NCBI RefSeq assembly: GCF_000013905.1
Contig: NC_007969.1
Span: 1,530,001 to 1,562,000 of the forward strand
Direction of reading: 5' to 3'
Length of the DNA: 32,000 bases
From: Psychrobacter cryohalolentis K5
Lineage (GTDB): Bacteria; Pseudomonadota; Gammaproteobacteria; Pseudomonadales; Moraxellaceae
The notes under the pieces are model-generated. The model did no database searches. It saw only the letters and a list, made by a program, of their open reading frames with translations, and was not told the DNA's origin. Position numbers and translations under genes: made by a program. Below are positions 1 to 9,240 of this stretch, piece by piece; position 1 is the first letter of the stretch, and each line of letters begins with the position of its first letter.

Positions 1-252
1 AAAACCAACAACACCTGTATGCGCTATATCAGTTTCGACCTGCATACCTAGTGATTTTAGATGCTTGGCAACAAGAGCGGCAGTACGAGTTTCTCTATTG
101 CTCAATTCGGGATGTTTGTGAATATCCCGACGCCATTCAATCACTTTTCTTTCAACACTTTTAACTTCTTTATCGATATTGATGTTGGCATGAGCACTAA
201 ATGTGCTAAAAGTAAAAATACCGATAACCAATGATAATAATGATCGTTTCAT
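1..252 (-). CDS. M20D-family amidohydrolase (hippurate hydrolase / N-acyl-L-amino-acid amidohydrolase type). N-terminal part only; the rest lies beyond the window edge
   Basis: Not in the ORF track because it runs off the edge. The reverse complement from ATG at 250-252 reads MKRSLLSLVIGIFTFSTFSAHANINIDKEVKSVERKVIEWRRDIHKHPELSNRETRTAALVAKHLKSLGMQVETDIAHTGVVGF. The IHxHPELS..ET.TA....L..LG..V......TGVVG block is the typical M20D N-terminus. The first ~22 aa look like a Sec signal peptide (SAHA|N). AAGGAAG Shine-Dalgarno lies 5 nt upstream. Confidence 0.75.
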   Translation of the reverse strand, partial: MKRSLLSLVIGIFTFSTFSAHANINIDKEVKSVERKVIEWRRDIHKHPELSNRETRTAALVAKHLKSLGMQVETDIAHTGVVGF

Positions 253-329
253 ACTGTCTTCCTTGTTTGATGGTACTTCCTTGTTATTGCTTTGATATGC
301 TCATGTGATAATTTTAGTGACCAATAGAG

Positions 330-1115
330 CTATTGAACATTTAAATATTGTCGCACGAGTTTATTGAATGCTTCAGGCTGTTCAATATTCGAGATATGCG
401 AGGCATCGATAGTAGCTAGCTTAGCGTTAGGTATATGATCGACCATATATTGACCATCGGCAACCGTCGTCACTGGGTCTTCAGAACCTACAAGCACTGT
501 GACTGGGACACGGATAGTTTTTAACTGCTCGCGAGTATCAGCGACAGATAATGCCTCACAGCAGCTGGCATAACCCTTACTACTGCCAGCTGCGAGAGCG
601 TCAGATAATGCTTTAACTACATCAGGATGGTTATCGATAAAACTTGCTGTGAACCAACGCGAGGCAGCTGTAGTGGCGATAGGGTCTAAACCTTGCTCAC
701 GTACCAATTGCGCGCGATCTACCCATGCTGCCTCATTACCAATCTTTGCGGCGGTATTGCATAGCATCAAGTGATGGAAGCGCTCAGGATGATTGATAGC
801 TAACCATTGACCAGTCATGCCGCCCATAGAGATGCCACAAAAAAATGCTTTATCAATGTTTAAATGATCAAGCAAATCAATCACATCTTGTCCAAGCTGA
901 TCGAAACTATAAGGACCTTTTGGTGCGGAAGACTTACCATGGCCACGGGTGTCATAGCAGATAATAAAATAATCGTTTTGTAAGGCATCGATTTGCGGCT
1001 GCCACATATGATAGCTGGTACCTAAAGAGTTAGAAAATATCAGAGCAGGATTGCTGTTATCACCAAAAGTGGCATAGTTTAGGGCAATTTCTTGGTTGTT
1101 AAATATAGGCATCAT
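330..1115 (-). CDS. catD: 3-oxoadipate enol-lactonase (alpha/beta hydrolase)
   Basis: 261-aa ORF with the GISMGG nucleophile elbow (G-x-S-x-G). Length and N-terminal pattern (ALIFSNSLGTSYHMWQPQ) are typical of PcaD/CatD. It is the last gene of the catIJFD block. Confidence 0.88.
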   Translation of the reverse strand: MMPIFNNQEIALNYATFGDNSNPALIFSNSLGTSYHMWQPQIDALQNDYFIICYDTRGHGKSSAPKGPYSFDQLGQDVIDLLDHLNIDKAFFCGISMGGMTGQWLAINHPERFHHLMLCNTAAKIGNEAAWVDRAQLVREQGLDPIATTAASRWFTASFIDNHPDVVKALSDALAAGSSKGYASCCEALSVADTREQLKTIRVPVTVLVGSEDPVTTVADGQYMVDHIPNAKLATIDASHISNIEQPEAFNKLVRQYLNVQ

Positions 1116-1194
1116 TATTATCCTTTTTAGTCCTGACGATGTCCGTGAAATAGTAATGGTGAGTGATTTAATTGATATTTATTAATAGTGCTGC

Positions 1195-2433
1195 TTAATC
1201 GTTAACAACACGCTCAATAATCATCGCGATACCTTGTCCAACGCCAATACACATTGAGCATATGGCATAACGCTTATCAGTTTTCTCAAGTTGATTGAGT
1301 GCTGTTAAAATTAAACGTGCGCCTGAGGCGCCAAGCGGGTGACCAAGGGCAATGGCACCGCCATTCGGATTAACGCGCGCGCTATCATCAGATAACCCTA
1401 AGTCACGCGTACAAGCGAGAGCTTGAGCGGCAAAGGCTTCGTTTAATTCAATGACATCCATCTCATCAAGTGACAGTCCAGTTTGCTTAAGCAGCTTTTT
1501 CATCGCCGGTGCTGGAGCAAAGCCCATAATACGCGGCTCAACACCTACTGTAGTTGAGGCAACAATACGTGCACGCGGCTTGAGACTAAACTCTTTAACG
1601 GCTTGCTCTGATGCCACTAAAAAAGCCGCTGCACCATCATTGATACCAGAAGCGTTACCAGCTGTTACTGTACCCTCTGCGGTGACGATAGGGCGCAGTT
1701 TGGTTAACTTCTCAAGCGTGGTATCAGCACGAGGGTGCTCGTCGGTATCGACGGTGATAGGCTCGCCTTTGCGTTGCGGGATGCTGACTGGAGTAATCTC
1801 ATCTTTGAAAAACCCTGCCTCTTGCGCCGCTGCGGTACGTTGTTGACTACGTAATGCAAATGCATCTTGGTCAGCGCGATTGATATTGAATTGCTCTGCG
1901 ACGTTTTCGGCGGTTTGCGGCATGGTCTCCGTACCATATAGCTCATCAAGCTTTGGATTGATAAAGCGCCAGCCCATAGTGGTATCTTCGAGCTTTTGAC
2001 TACGACCAAACGCTTGATCTGACTTGCCCATTACCAATGGCGCACGGCTCATGCTCTCAACACCACCTGCAATAATAAGGTTGGCTTCACCCGCTTTAAT
2101 CGCACGCGCCGCTATCGCTAACGCATCCATTGACGAGCCGCATAAGCGATTCACCGTAGTGGCAGGCACTTGATAAGGTAGGCCAGCTAGTAACGACGAC
2201 ATACGCCCGACGTTGCGATTGTCTTCACCGCTCTGATTAGCACAGCCGTAAATAACGTCATCTACTTTTACCCAATCGACATTGGCATTACGTTCGATTA
2301 GCGCCTTGATAGGTATAGCCCCTAAATCATCGGCACGTACTGGTGCTAGACCGCCGCCGTAGCGACCAAAAGGGGTGCGAATGGCATCAATAATATAAGC
2401 ATTATTTAAACCAGTGATTGAATCAGTCATCAT
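1195..2433 (-). CDS. catF: 3-oxoadipyl-CoA thiolase (beta-ketoadipyl-CoA thiolase)
   Basis: 412-aa ORF with thiolase signatures: NRLCGSSMDA (acyl-enzyme Cys), NPNGGAIALGHPLGASGARL, and C-terminal CIGVGQGIA. It lies between the CoA-transferase and enol-lactonase genes. Confidence 0.92.
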   Translation of the reverse strand: MMTDSITGLNNAYIIDAIRTPFGRYGGGLAPVRADDLGAIPIKALIERNANVDWVKVDDVIYGCANQSGEDNRNVGRMSSLLAGLPYQVPATTVNRLCGSSMDALAIAARAIKAGEANLIIAGGVESMSRAPLVMGKSDQAFGRSQKLEDTTMGWRFINPKLDELYGTETMPQTAENVAEQFNINRADQDAFALRSQQRTAAAQEAGFFKDEITPVSIPQRKGEPITVDTDEHPRADTTLEKLTKLRPIVTAEGTVTAGNASGINDGAAAFLVASEQAVKEFSLKPRARIVASTTVGVEPRIMGFAPAPAMKKLLKQTGLSLDEMDVIELNEAFAAQALACTRDLGLSDDSARVNPNGGAIALGHPLGASGARLILTALNQLEKTDKRYAICSMCIGVGQGIAMIIERVVND

Positions 2434-2447
2434 CCTTGTCCTTTTTA

Positions 2448-3113
2448 TTATTTTGAATTTGTAGCGTCAATTAGCGTCGCACCCGTCAATGCTTGTAAGT
2501 CCGCAAAGCTTAAGCCATCGACCATTTCAGTGACGGCCAAACCTTTATCAGTGACATCAATGACACATAAGTCAGTATAAATACGATCAACACAGTTTTT
2601 GCCAGTCACGGGGTAGGTAAGCTTGCTAACGATTTTAGGGTCGCCAGTTTTGGTGGTGTGATTGGTCATCACAAAGACTTTTTTGGCACCGACGGCTAAG
2701 TCCATAGCGCCGCCAACCGCAGGTATTGCATCTGGCGCACCCGTGCTCCAGTTGGCTAAGTCGCCATTGGCAGCCACTTGAAACGCACCCAATACGCAAA
2801 TATCGATATGACCACCGCGCATCATGGCAAAGGAGTCGCCATGATGAAAGAAGCTACCGCCATCGAGCATGGTGACGTACTCTTTTCCGGCATTAATCAG
2901 CTCGGGATCTTCTTCACCTTTAGCAGGTGGGGGTCCAAAAGCTAGTAAACCGTTTTCTGAATGCAAAAATACATCTTTATCATCCGGTAGGTATTTTGCA
3001 ATTTTAGTTGGTAGTCCGATGCCTAAATTGACATAGGCACCATCTGGGATATCTTGTGCAGCGCGCTCAGCGATTTGATCGCGGGTCAAAACGGTGTAGG
3101 AAGTATGGCTCAT
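2448..3113 (-). CDS. catJ: 3-oxoadipate:succinyl-CoA transferase, subunit B
   Basis: 221-aa ORF with the family I CoA-transferase beta-subunit motif LHSENG (catalytic Glu). AGGAG lies upstream of the ATG. It follows the subunit A gene by 26 nt. Confidence 0.9.
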   Translation of the reverse strand: MSHTSYTVLTRDQIAERAAQDIPDGAYVNLGIGLPTKIAKYLPDDKDVFLHSENGLLAFGPPPAKGEEDPELINAGKEYVTMLDGGSFFHHGDSFAMMRGGHIDICVLGAFQVAANGDLANWSTGAPDAIPAVGGAMDLAVGAKKVFVMTNHTTKTGDPKIVSKLTYPVTGKNCVDRIYTDLCVIDVTDKGLAVTEMVDGLSFADLQALTGATLIDATNSK

Positions 3114-3139
3114 GATGACGCTCCTTATAGTTGGCAGTA

Positions 3140-3832
3140 TTAAGCGGTGGCTGTAGTTGCTGTGCTAGCAGGCTGAATTTGCACCACATGCTGCACAAAG
3201 ATACCCGGTGTAATAATGTGCTCAGGATCAAGCGCGCCAAGCTCAACCGTTTCGGAGACTTGGGCGATAGTAATATCAGCCGCCATTGCCATGATAGGAC
3301 CAAAGTTACGGGCAGACTTGCGGTAGACTAAATTACCCCAGCGATCGCCTTTATCCGCCTTGATTAAAGCAAAATCAGCCTTAATGGGATATTCAAGAAC
3401 ATAGTCTTTACCATCGATTTCTCGAGTCTCTTTGCCTTCTGCGAGTAAAGTACCAAAGCCTGTGGGCGTATATACCGCACCGAGTCCCATACCTGCTGCT
3501 TGAATACGGCAAGCCAAATTACCCTGTGGTACTAGCTCCAGCTCAATCTTGCCAGCATGATAAAGCTCATCAAATACCCAAGAATCCGATTGACGCGGGA
3601 AAGAGCAAATGATTTTACGCACAGCACCTGTTTTTAAGAGCTTGGCAAGGCCATAGTCGCCGTTACCGGCATTATTATTAATGATGACCAAATCCTTTAC
3701 GCCTAAATTAATAAGTCCATCAATGAGTTCAGCTGGTTGCCCTGCAGTACCGAAGCCACCAATCATGATGGTAGCGCCATCTTTGATTTGACTAAGTACG
3801 TCAGTGATATTTTTATCTGCTTTATTAATCAT
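3140..3832 (-). CDS. catI: 3-oxoadipate:succinyl-CoA transferase, subunit A
   Basis: 230-aa ORF with the N-terminal IMIGGFGTAGQPAELI motif typical of CoA-transferase alpha subunits. It is paired with catJ. Confidence 0.9.
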   Translation of the reverse strand: MINKADKNITDVLSQIKDGATIMIGGFGTAGQPAELIDGLINLGVKDLVIINNNAGNGDYGLAKLLKTGAVRKIICSFPRQSDSWVFDELYHAGKIELELVPQGNLACRIQAAGMGLGAVYTPTGFGTLLAEGKETREIDGKDYVLEYPIKADFALIKADKGDRWGNLVYRKSARNFGPIMAMAADITIAQVSETVELGALDPEHIITPGIFVQHVVQIQPASTATTATA

Positions 3833-3943
3833 GTTTATATCCTATAAAAAGTCATATGAGGTAGTGTCTTTAAGATTGATAAGCGGTGTACAGGTTGAGT
3901 CATTACTCTGACACTACTTAAATTTTTTGTAAGCGAGTTATTA

Positions 3944-5173
3944 TTAATTGGCTTCATTATTAGAGGTCGTTAATGAGATAGATGATGTTGGTAGTAGGCG
4001 TTTTTTGGTCAGAATATAGTGAGCAATCATGCCAATAAGAATGCCCCAAAACACAGAGCTTAATCCCAAAAAGCTCATACCCGATGCTGTCGCCAAAAAG
4101 GTAATTAACGCCGCATCTCTTTGCTCATCATTTTTCATAGCAATGGTGATATTGGCAGAAATGGCACCGATTAACGCAAGGCCGGCCAGTGCCGCGACAA
4201 GCTCTTTTGGAAGCAAGCTAAATACCATCACGATACTGCCAGCAAATAAACCGCCAAATAAATAGAAGATGCCATTAGCGACACCTGCGATATAGCGCTT
4301 TTCCTTAAGTTCATGCGCATCTTTGCCAGTACAAAGCGCGGCTGTGATAGCGGCAAGTACGATAGTGATACCACCAACACATGCAACTGCTAACGAGGCG
4401 AGGCTTGTAACACTCACAATAGGCTTGGCTGGCGTGTCATAGCCACTTAGATTTAATATAGCCATACCGGGTAAAAACTGGCCAGTTAAGCTCACAAGGA
4501 TGAGTGGTATAGCGAGGTTAAACGTTGAGTTCCACGACCATTCAGGGGCAATAAAAGTAGGTATGGTAACGGCTAAATCGAAATGGACAGGGTTCATTTT
4601 GCCAAGTAAGACGCTTAAGATAACACCGCACAGTAGTACCCAGATCATCGTATAGCGCGGCGAAAAGCGTTTGGCTAATAAATAGCAACCGAGCATGCTA
4701 AAGACGATAAATGGCATGCTATCAGTGGCTTTAAATAATTCTAAGCCGAACTGAAATAGGATGCCTGCCATCATGCCAGCGGCGATACCGTTAGGAATCC
4801 ATTTTAATATTTTGTCGAAGTAACCTGTTGCCCCAACAATAAATATGATAATAGCTGAAATGATATAACCAGCAACAGCTTCATTAATACTCATCTGTGG
4901 AAATAGGGTAACCAGTAAAGCGGTACCAGGGGCGGACCATGCTGTAATAACCGGTGTTTTATATTTAATAGATAAATAAATACCAGGAATGGCAGCACCG
5001 ATGGAGACACCCCAAATCCAAGACGCCATCATGGCATCTGATACTTGTGCGGCTTGTGCGGCCTGAAAAAAAATAATCAAAGGACCCGCATAAGAAATAA
5101 GAACCGCTAAGAACCCTGCAACCGATGCGGAGAGCGACCAGTCGTTTTTTAAGGTTTGGATTACAGAGGCCAT
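3944..5173 (-). CDS. benE: Benzoate membrane transport protein (BenE family)
   Basis: Highly hydrophobic multi-TM ORF directly after benD. The track start at 5188 is a TTG. I prefer ATG at 5171-5173 (MASVIQTL...), which is preceded by AAGGAAG. Confidence 0.85.
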   Translation of the reverse strand: MASVIQTLKNDWSLSASVAGFLAVLISYAGPLIIFFQAAQAAQVSDAMMASWIWGVSIGAAIPGIYLSIKYKTPVITAWSAPGTALLVTLFPQMSINEAVAGYIISAIIIFIVGATGYFDKILKWIPNGIAAGMMAGILFQFGLELFKATDSMPFIVFSMLGCYLLAKRFSPRYTMIWVLLCGVILSVLLGKMNPVHFDLAVTIPTFIAPEWSWNSTFNLAIPLILVSLTGQFLPGMAILNLSGYDTPAKPIVSVTSLASLAVACVGGITIVLAAITAALCTGKDAHELKEKRYIAGVANGIFYLFGGLFAGSIVMVFSLLPKELVAALAGLALIGAISANITIAMKNDEQRDAALITFLATASGMSFLGLSSVFWGILIGMIAHYILTKKRLLPTSSISLTTSNNEAN

Positions 5174-5248
5174 ATTGCTTCCTTGCAAATTAGCATTCGT
5201 TACGGGGTTGCAAATTAAGATGCATGCTACTAATTGGCAGATTTATTA

Positions 5249-6028
5249 TTAGCCTTCGTCGCCACCGCCCACAGGAATGGTACTACCAGTAATATAAGAA
5301 GACTCATCGGATGCTAAAAACAAGATGGCATTGACTTGCTCATCAATCGTGCCGTAGCGTTTCATAAAGGTGCGATCAATGGTCTGATCAACCACCGCAT
5401 TCATCCATGATTTTTCATCATCAGTTAATGGTTTGGCGTTACGTGGAATCTTTCTGGGCGGCGCTTCAGTACCGCCAGTTGCTACAGCATTCACACGGAT
5501 ACCATCGTTTGCATACTCAAAAGCGAGCGATGCGGTCATGGCGTTCACGCCGCCTTTCGCTGTCGAATAGGGTATGCGGTTGATACCGCGAGTAGCGATA
5601 GAGGACACATTAACAATAGTGCCTGATTGCTGTTTGACCATGGTTGGTAATACCGCATGACAACACCATAATGTTGGAAATAATGAGCGGCTGATTTCCT
5701 TTTGAATTTCTACTTCAGAGAAGCTGGTAAAAGGTTTCATCCATATTGCGCCGCCGACATTGTTGACTAATATATCGATACGCCCATAGCTATCAAGTGC
5801 CTTATCAATAGCCTCTTTAGCACCTTGATGGGTTTCAAGGTCAGCTTGAATGCTAACGGCTTCTCCACCATTAGCGATGATTTCAGCCAGCACCTCTTCT
5901 ACTAATGGAGAAAAGTCTGCCATGACGATTTTTCCGCCCTCACTTGCTAAGCGTAATGCGACTCCGCGCCCGATGCCTTGGGCGGCACCAGTAACGATAC
6001 ATACTTTATTATCAAATCTTTTACTCAT
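5249..6028 (-). CDS. benD: 1,6-dihydroxycyclohexa-2,4-diene-1-carboxylate (benzoate cis-diol) dehydrogenase, SDR family
   Basis: 259-aa ORF with the TGAAQGIGRG NAD-binding motif and the YSTAK catalytic Y-x3-K. AGGAG RBS present. It follows benABC. Confidence 0.9.
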   Translation of the reverse strand: MSKRFDNKVCIVTGAAQGIGRGVALRLASEGGKIVMADFSPLVEEVLAEIIANGGEAVSIQADLETHQGAKEAIDKALDSYGRIDILVNNVGGAIWMKPFTSFSEVEIQKEISRSLFPTLWCCHAVLPTMVKQQSGTIVNVSSIATRGINRIPYSTAKGGVNAMTASLAFEYANDGIRVNAVATGGTEAPPRKIPRNAKPLTDDEKSWMNAVVDQTIDRTFMKRYGTIDEQVNAILFLASDESSYITGSTIPVGGGDEG

Positions 6029-6087
6029 GACAGTCTCCTAAAAATCTTGCTCATGCTTTGCTAGTAGAGTAATACGGCTAGGCTACG

Positions 6088-7104
6088 TTATTGTTCACTG
6101 GGCGTGAATTTTTCATAGTAAAAATTACTCGGTTTTAGATTGCTGCTGTCTAACCAGTTACTCACCGCATCCACCATCCCTAACGGACCACACAAGTAGA
6201 CATCGACGTCACCATCGTTCAGCCACTCATTATCAACATGACCGGTGACATAGCCTTTACGCTCATGCTGGCTGTCTTCAGTGGCGACACAGGTGCGGTA
6301 GTCAAACCAAGGGTGGTTTTGTTTGACTTCTTCTAGTTTCTCAACTTCTATAAGATCAAAGTCGTTGGTGACGCCGTAGACCATCCTGACAGGATGATGA
6401 GCACCAGACACCTCTAAACTTTTTAGCATCGATAAAAAAGGCGCGATACCAGTACCACCTGCTAGAAATAGGGTCGGGCGGATTAGAGGGCGCAGGTAAA
6501 AGCTACCAAATGGACCCTCAAAATTAATCTCTTGACCTATAGTCGCAGTATCAGATAAGAAGGTGCTCATCTTGCCATTAGGAATATTGCGGACGACAAA
6601 TTCAGCCTGATTGGCACTAGGTATAGAGCTAAATGAATAGGAGCGTGTCTCGTTAGAATCAGGAATACTGACATTGACATACTGGCCTGGCAAAAATACT
6701 AGTGCATCTGGATTGTCGACTTCGACGCCAAAGTGAATGGTAGATTCTGACAGCACATTCAGCTGCTGTAGTTTGCCTTTGAATACAGACTTGCCGACTT
6801 TGCAGGCTTCAGAGGAGGTTGGTACTTTGATCACGCAGTCGCTTTCTGGAATCATCTGACAGGTGAGTACATACCCTTCAGCAGCTTCAGCTTCTGTCAG
6901 TGCATCTTCGATATACATATCAGGGTGCATGTCGTAGCTGCCAGATTCACAATGGCAACGGCAAGTACCGCAAGCACCATCAAGGCAATCCACAGGGATA
7001 TTAAATTTTTGACGATAAGCGGCTTCGGCGACGGTTTCGTCGGCTTCACATTTGATGAAGCCTGTGACGCCGTCTTCGAACTGTAGAGCAATATTATATT
7101 CCAT
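6088..7104 (-). CDS. benC: Benzoate 1,2-dioxygenase electron-transfer (ferredoxin-NADH reductase) component
   Basis: 338-aa ORF. N-terminal plant-type 2Fe-2S cluster motif CLDGACGTCRC...C, RSYSFSS flavin-binding motif, and GGTGIAPF NAD-binding motif. Confidence 0.92.
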   Translation of the reverse strand: MEYNIALQFEDGVTGFIKCEADETVAEAAYRQKFNIPVDCLDGACGTCRCHCESGSYDMHPDMYIEDALTEAEAAEGYVLTCQMIPESDCVIKVPTSSEACKVGKSVFKGKLQQLNVLSESTIHFGVEVDNPDALVFLPGQYVNVSIPDSNETRSYSFSSIPSANQAEFVVRNIPNGKMSTFLSDTATIGQEINFEGPFGSFYLRPLIRPTLFLAGGTGIAPFLSMLKSLEVSGAHHPVRMVYGVTNDFDLIEVEKLEEVKQNHPWFDYRTCVATEDSQHERKGYVTGHVDNEWLNDGDVDVYLCGPLGMVDAVSNWLDSSNLKPSNFYYEKFTPSEQ

Positions 7105-7169
7105 GAGAAATATCCCTTTTCAACACGTATTAATTAAAAGCTAGTGGCTAAATAATGAGTGAATAATGA

Positions 7170-7667
7170 TTAGACGTGATAGACGTCCATGATTTGATGC
7201 ACATAGTCGTCTTTTAAGACCATATACTTATCCAAGATTTTTGGTTGGTCTTGAGTCATGTCTATTTTGTACTGAGAGTAACCCCAATAGGTATTGGTCT
7301 CGTGATAGCGAAAGGACTTGTTGATCCAGTTGAAACGCACCGTCACAATACCGTCATTGTCTTCGAGTAGTTCAATATTCGATAAATTGTGCGTGGTACG
7401 CGTATCAGGTATGGTCGCTGATGAGCGCTCAGTCTCGATGCGGAAGATGCGATCTTCAAGACCACGGCGATCCGGATAATAAATCAGCGAGATTTCTCGT
7501 TGTGGGTCGCTGATGAGCTGACCATCATCATCCCAACTTGGCATCCAGAAAGGGCAGTCTTCATCGTAATAAGTGAGCCATTCTTCCCATTTTTTCTCAT
7601 CCAATAAACGCGCTTCACGGTATAGAAACTGTCTAATGTCTTCAATGTTAACAGTTGCATTTTTCAT
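7170..7667 (-). CDS. benB: Benzoate 1,2-dioxygenase small (beta) subunit
   Basis: 165-aa ORF with the size and N-terminal FLYREARLLDE pattern typical of ring-hydroxylating dioxygenase beta subunits. It lies between benA and benC. Confidence 0.9.
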   Translation of the reverse strand: MKNATVNIEDIRQFLYREARLLDEKKWEEWLTYYDEDCPFWMPSWDDDGQLISDPQREISLIYYPDRRGLEDRIFRIETERSSATIPDTRTTHNLSNIELLEDNDGIVTVRFNWINKSFRYHETNTYWGYSQYKIDMTQDQPKILDKYMVLKDDYVHQIMDVYHV

Positions 7668-7729
7668 GATTGATATCCTTATTTTTTTGTCAGTTCTACA
7701 ATAAATAGCAGAGTAATAATAAAAATGTA

Positions 7730-9112
7730 TTAGTCGCTATTAGCACCGTGTAGCTGCTGCTCTTGCTCTAGAGCTTTTTTCATCTCTTCATGCCAGTAGC
7801 GATGTTGGACGGTATATAGTCCTTCATCTTCAGTCTTAACACCACTCATTAAAGGTTTGAGGTCAATAGCGGCAGCGCCTTCATCTGCACCTTGAATCCA
7901 ATGCTCAGAGCCTCGGCACATATCATTCCATTCAAGCTTGATACCGTTATAACCTTCTTGACACGAGCGGAACTCTTCTAAGTCATCAGGTGTTGCCATA
8001 CCAGTAACGTTAAAGAAATCTTCATACTGACGAATACGGCGTGCACGTGCCTCATCGCTTTCGCCTTTTGGTGCGATACACCAGATACTGACTTCAGTTT
8101 TGTCAACCGCGATAGGGCGGAGCATACGGATTTGTGAGCTGAATTGATCCATGATGTAGACGTTTGGATATAGGCATAAATTACGTGAGCGCCCAATCAT
8201 CCAGTCCGCCATGGCTTCACCGTAGCTGGCGATATAGTCATCGCGATAGGCATAGTTTGGACGATCTTGTGGGTTTTCCCATTGTGTCCATAACAACATG
8301 TGACCGTTTTCAAAAGAATAGAAGCCGCCACCTTGACGACCCCATTTGCCAGCATTCATGGCTTTAATATTGTCTTCTTTAGCGGTTTCTTCTTTACGGC
8401 GTGCAGTCGTGGCAGCATAGTTCCAATGTACGGCTGAGACGTGGTAGCCATCAGCGCCATTTTCAGCTTGTAGTTTCCAGTTACCATCAAAGGTATAGGT
8501 TGAGGTACCACGTAACACTTCTAGGCCTTCTGGTGATTGGTTGACAATCATATCTAAAATCTTGGTTGAACCACCAAGCCAGTCTTCGATAGGGTCGACA
8601 TCATCATTTAAGCTAGCAAAAATAAAGCCTTTATAGTTGGCCATCTTTACTTGTTTTAGGTCGTGTGAGCTTTCTTTATTGAAGCATTCTGGATAGCCTG
8701 CATGTCTTGGGTCTTTCACTTTAAGCAGCTTGCCTGAGTTGTTAAAGGTCCAACCATGAAATGGGCAGGTGTAAGTGGCTTTATTGCCTTTTTTATGTCG
8801 GCAGAGCTGTGCACCACGATGTGAGCATGAGTTAATCATGCAATGCAGCTCGCCTTCTTTATTGCGGGCAAGAATAACAGGCTGACGACCAATGTATGAG
8901 GTGTAGTAGTCGTTGTTATCAGGAACTTGAGACTCATGAGCCAAATACACCCAATTGTTTTCAAAGATGTACTTCATCTCAAGCTCGAACAACTCTTCGT
9001 TAGTGAAGGCGCTACGATGCAGGCGATAAATCCCTTTTTCACTGTTCTCTTCTAAAAAATCATCAATAGTGATGTCTGATCCTTCAGGTACTAGATTGAT
9101 ACGCTCGCTCAT
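7730..9112 (-). CDS. benA: Benzoate 1,2-dioxygenase large (alpha) subunit, Rieske type
   Basis: Rieske motif CSHRGAQLC...CPFHGW and mononuclear-iron motif DGYHVSAVH. The track ORF extends to 9190. I prefer ATG at 9110-9112 ([10 protein letters not shown]...), which has AAGGAAGG 6 nt upstream. Confidence 0.92.
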   Translation of the reverse strand: MSERINLVPEGSDITIDDFLEENSEKGIYRLHRSAFTNEELFELEMKYIFENNWVYLAHESQVPDNNDYYTSYIGRQPVILARNKEGELHCMINSCSHRGAQLCRHKKGNKATYTCPFHGWTFNNSGKLLKVKDPRHAGYPECFNKESSHDLKQVKMANYKGFIFASLNDDVDPIEDWLGGSTKILDMIVNQSPEGLEVLRGTSTYTFDGNWKLQAENGADGYHVSAVHWNYAATTARRKEETAKEDNIKAMNAGKWGRQGGGFYSFENGHMLLWTQWENPQDRPNYAYRDDYIASYGEAMADWMIGRSRNLCLYPNVYIMDQFSSQIRMLRPIAVDKTEVSIWCIAPKGESDEARARRIRQYEDFFNVTGMATPDDLEEFRSCQEGYNGIKLEWNDMCRGSEHWIQGADEGAAAIDLKPLMSGVKTEDEGLYTVQHRYWHEEMKKALEQEQQLHGANSD

Positions 9113-9159
9113 GGCTGCCTTCCTTGTATAATGACGGTATAAAATGAGATTAGAAGCTA

Positions 9160-9194
9160 ACGTTTGATACGACAACTGAGGACATATCAAACGT
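9160..9194 (-). other. Perfect 10-bp inverted repeat (ACGTTTGATA-N15-TATCAAACGT) in the catA-benA intergenic region. Candidate RNA stem-loop or operator
   Basis: Arms at 9160-9169 and 9185-9194 are exact reverse complements. The element sits 47 nt downstream of the catA stop and 48 nt upstream of the preferred benA start. No U-run directly follows on the coding (minus) strand. Confidence 0.4.
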
Positions 9195-9240
9195 AAGTCG
9201 CTAATCGTTATTAATTAATGCTATTTAATATGAGTGCTCA

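Noticed and set aside
258-285. Duplicated 10-mer CTTCCTTGTT (minus strand AACAAGGAAG, containing the Shine-Dalgarno) 18 bp apart upstream of the amidohydrolase.
   Set aside because: Only the proximal copy is followed by a start codon. It is probably a chance or small local duplication without a separate ORF.
1451-2009. Internal ORFs within or opposite catF. The same applies to other track ORFs nested in annotated genes: 3067-3331, 4029-4265, 5850-6041, 6897-7091, 7978-8367, 11048-11494, 13725-14033, 16429-17380, 18181-18399, 19645-19830, 20623-20964, 21966-22608, 23141-23395, 24577-25084, 26184-26390, 27023-28599, 29410-29598 and 30462-31196.
   Set aside because: Each is nested in or antisense to a longer ORF with clear family motifs. 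None has a recognisable domain or a convincing RBS.
3861-3917. 8-bp inverted repeat GTAGTGTC...GACACTAC between benE and catI, considered as a possible terminator.
   Set aside because: The 41-nt loop and the lack of an immediately adjacent U-run make a stable intrinsic terminator unlikely. An attenuating role cannot be excluded, but there is no support from sequence alone.
9113-9190. N-terminal extensions offered by the ORF track: benA to 9190, LysR to 13936, dioxygenase from 14662, benE TTG at 5188, pvsE TTG at 17583.
   Set aside because: The downstream ATGs have proper Shine-Dalgarno sequences and give N-termini typical for each family. The extensions add non-conserved residues or rely on TTG starts.
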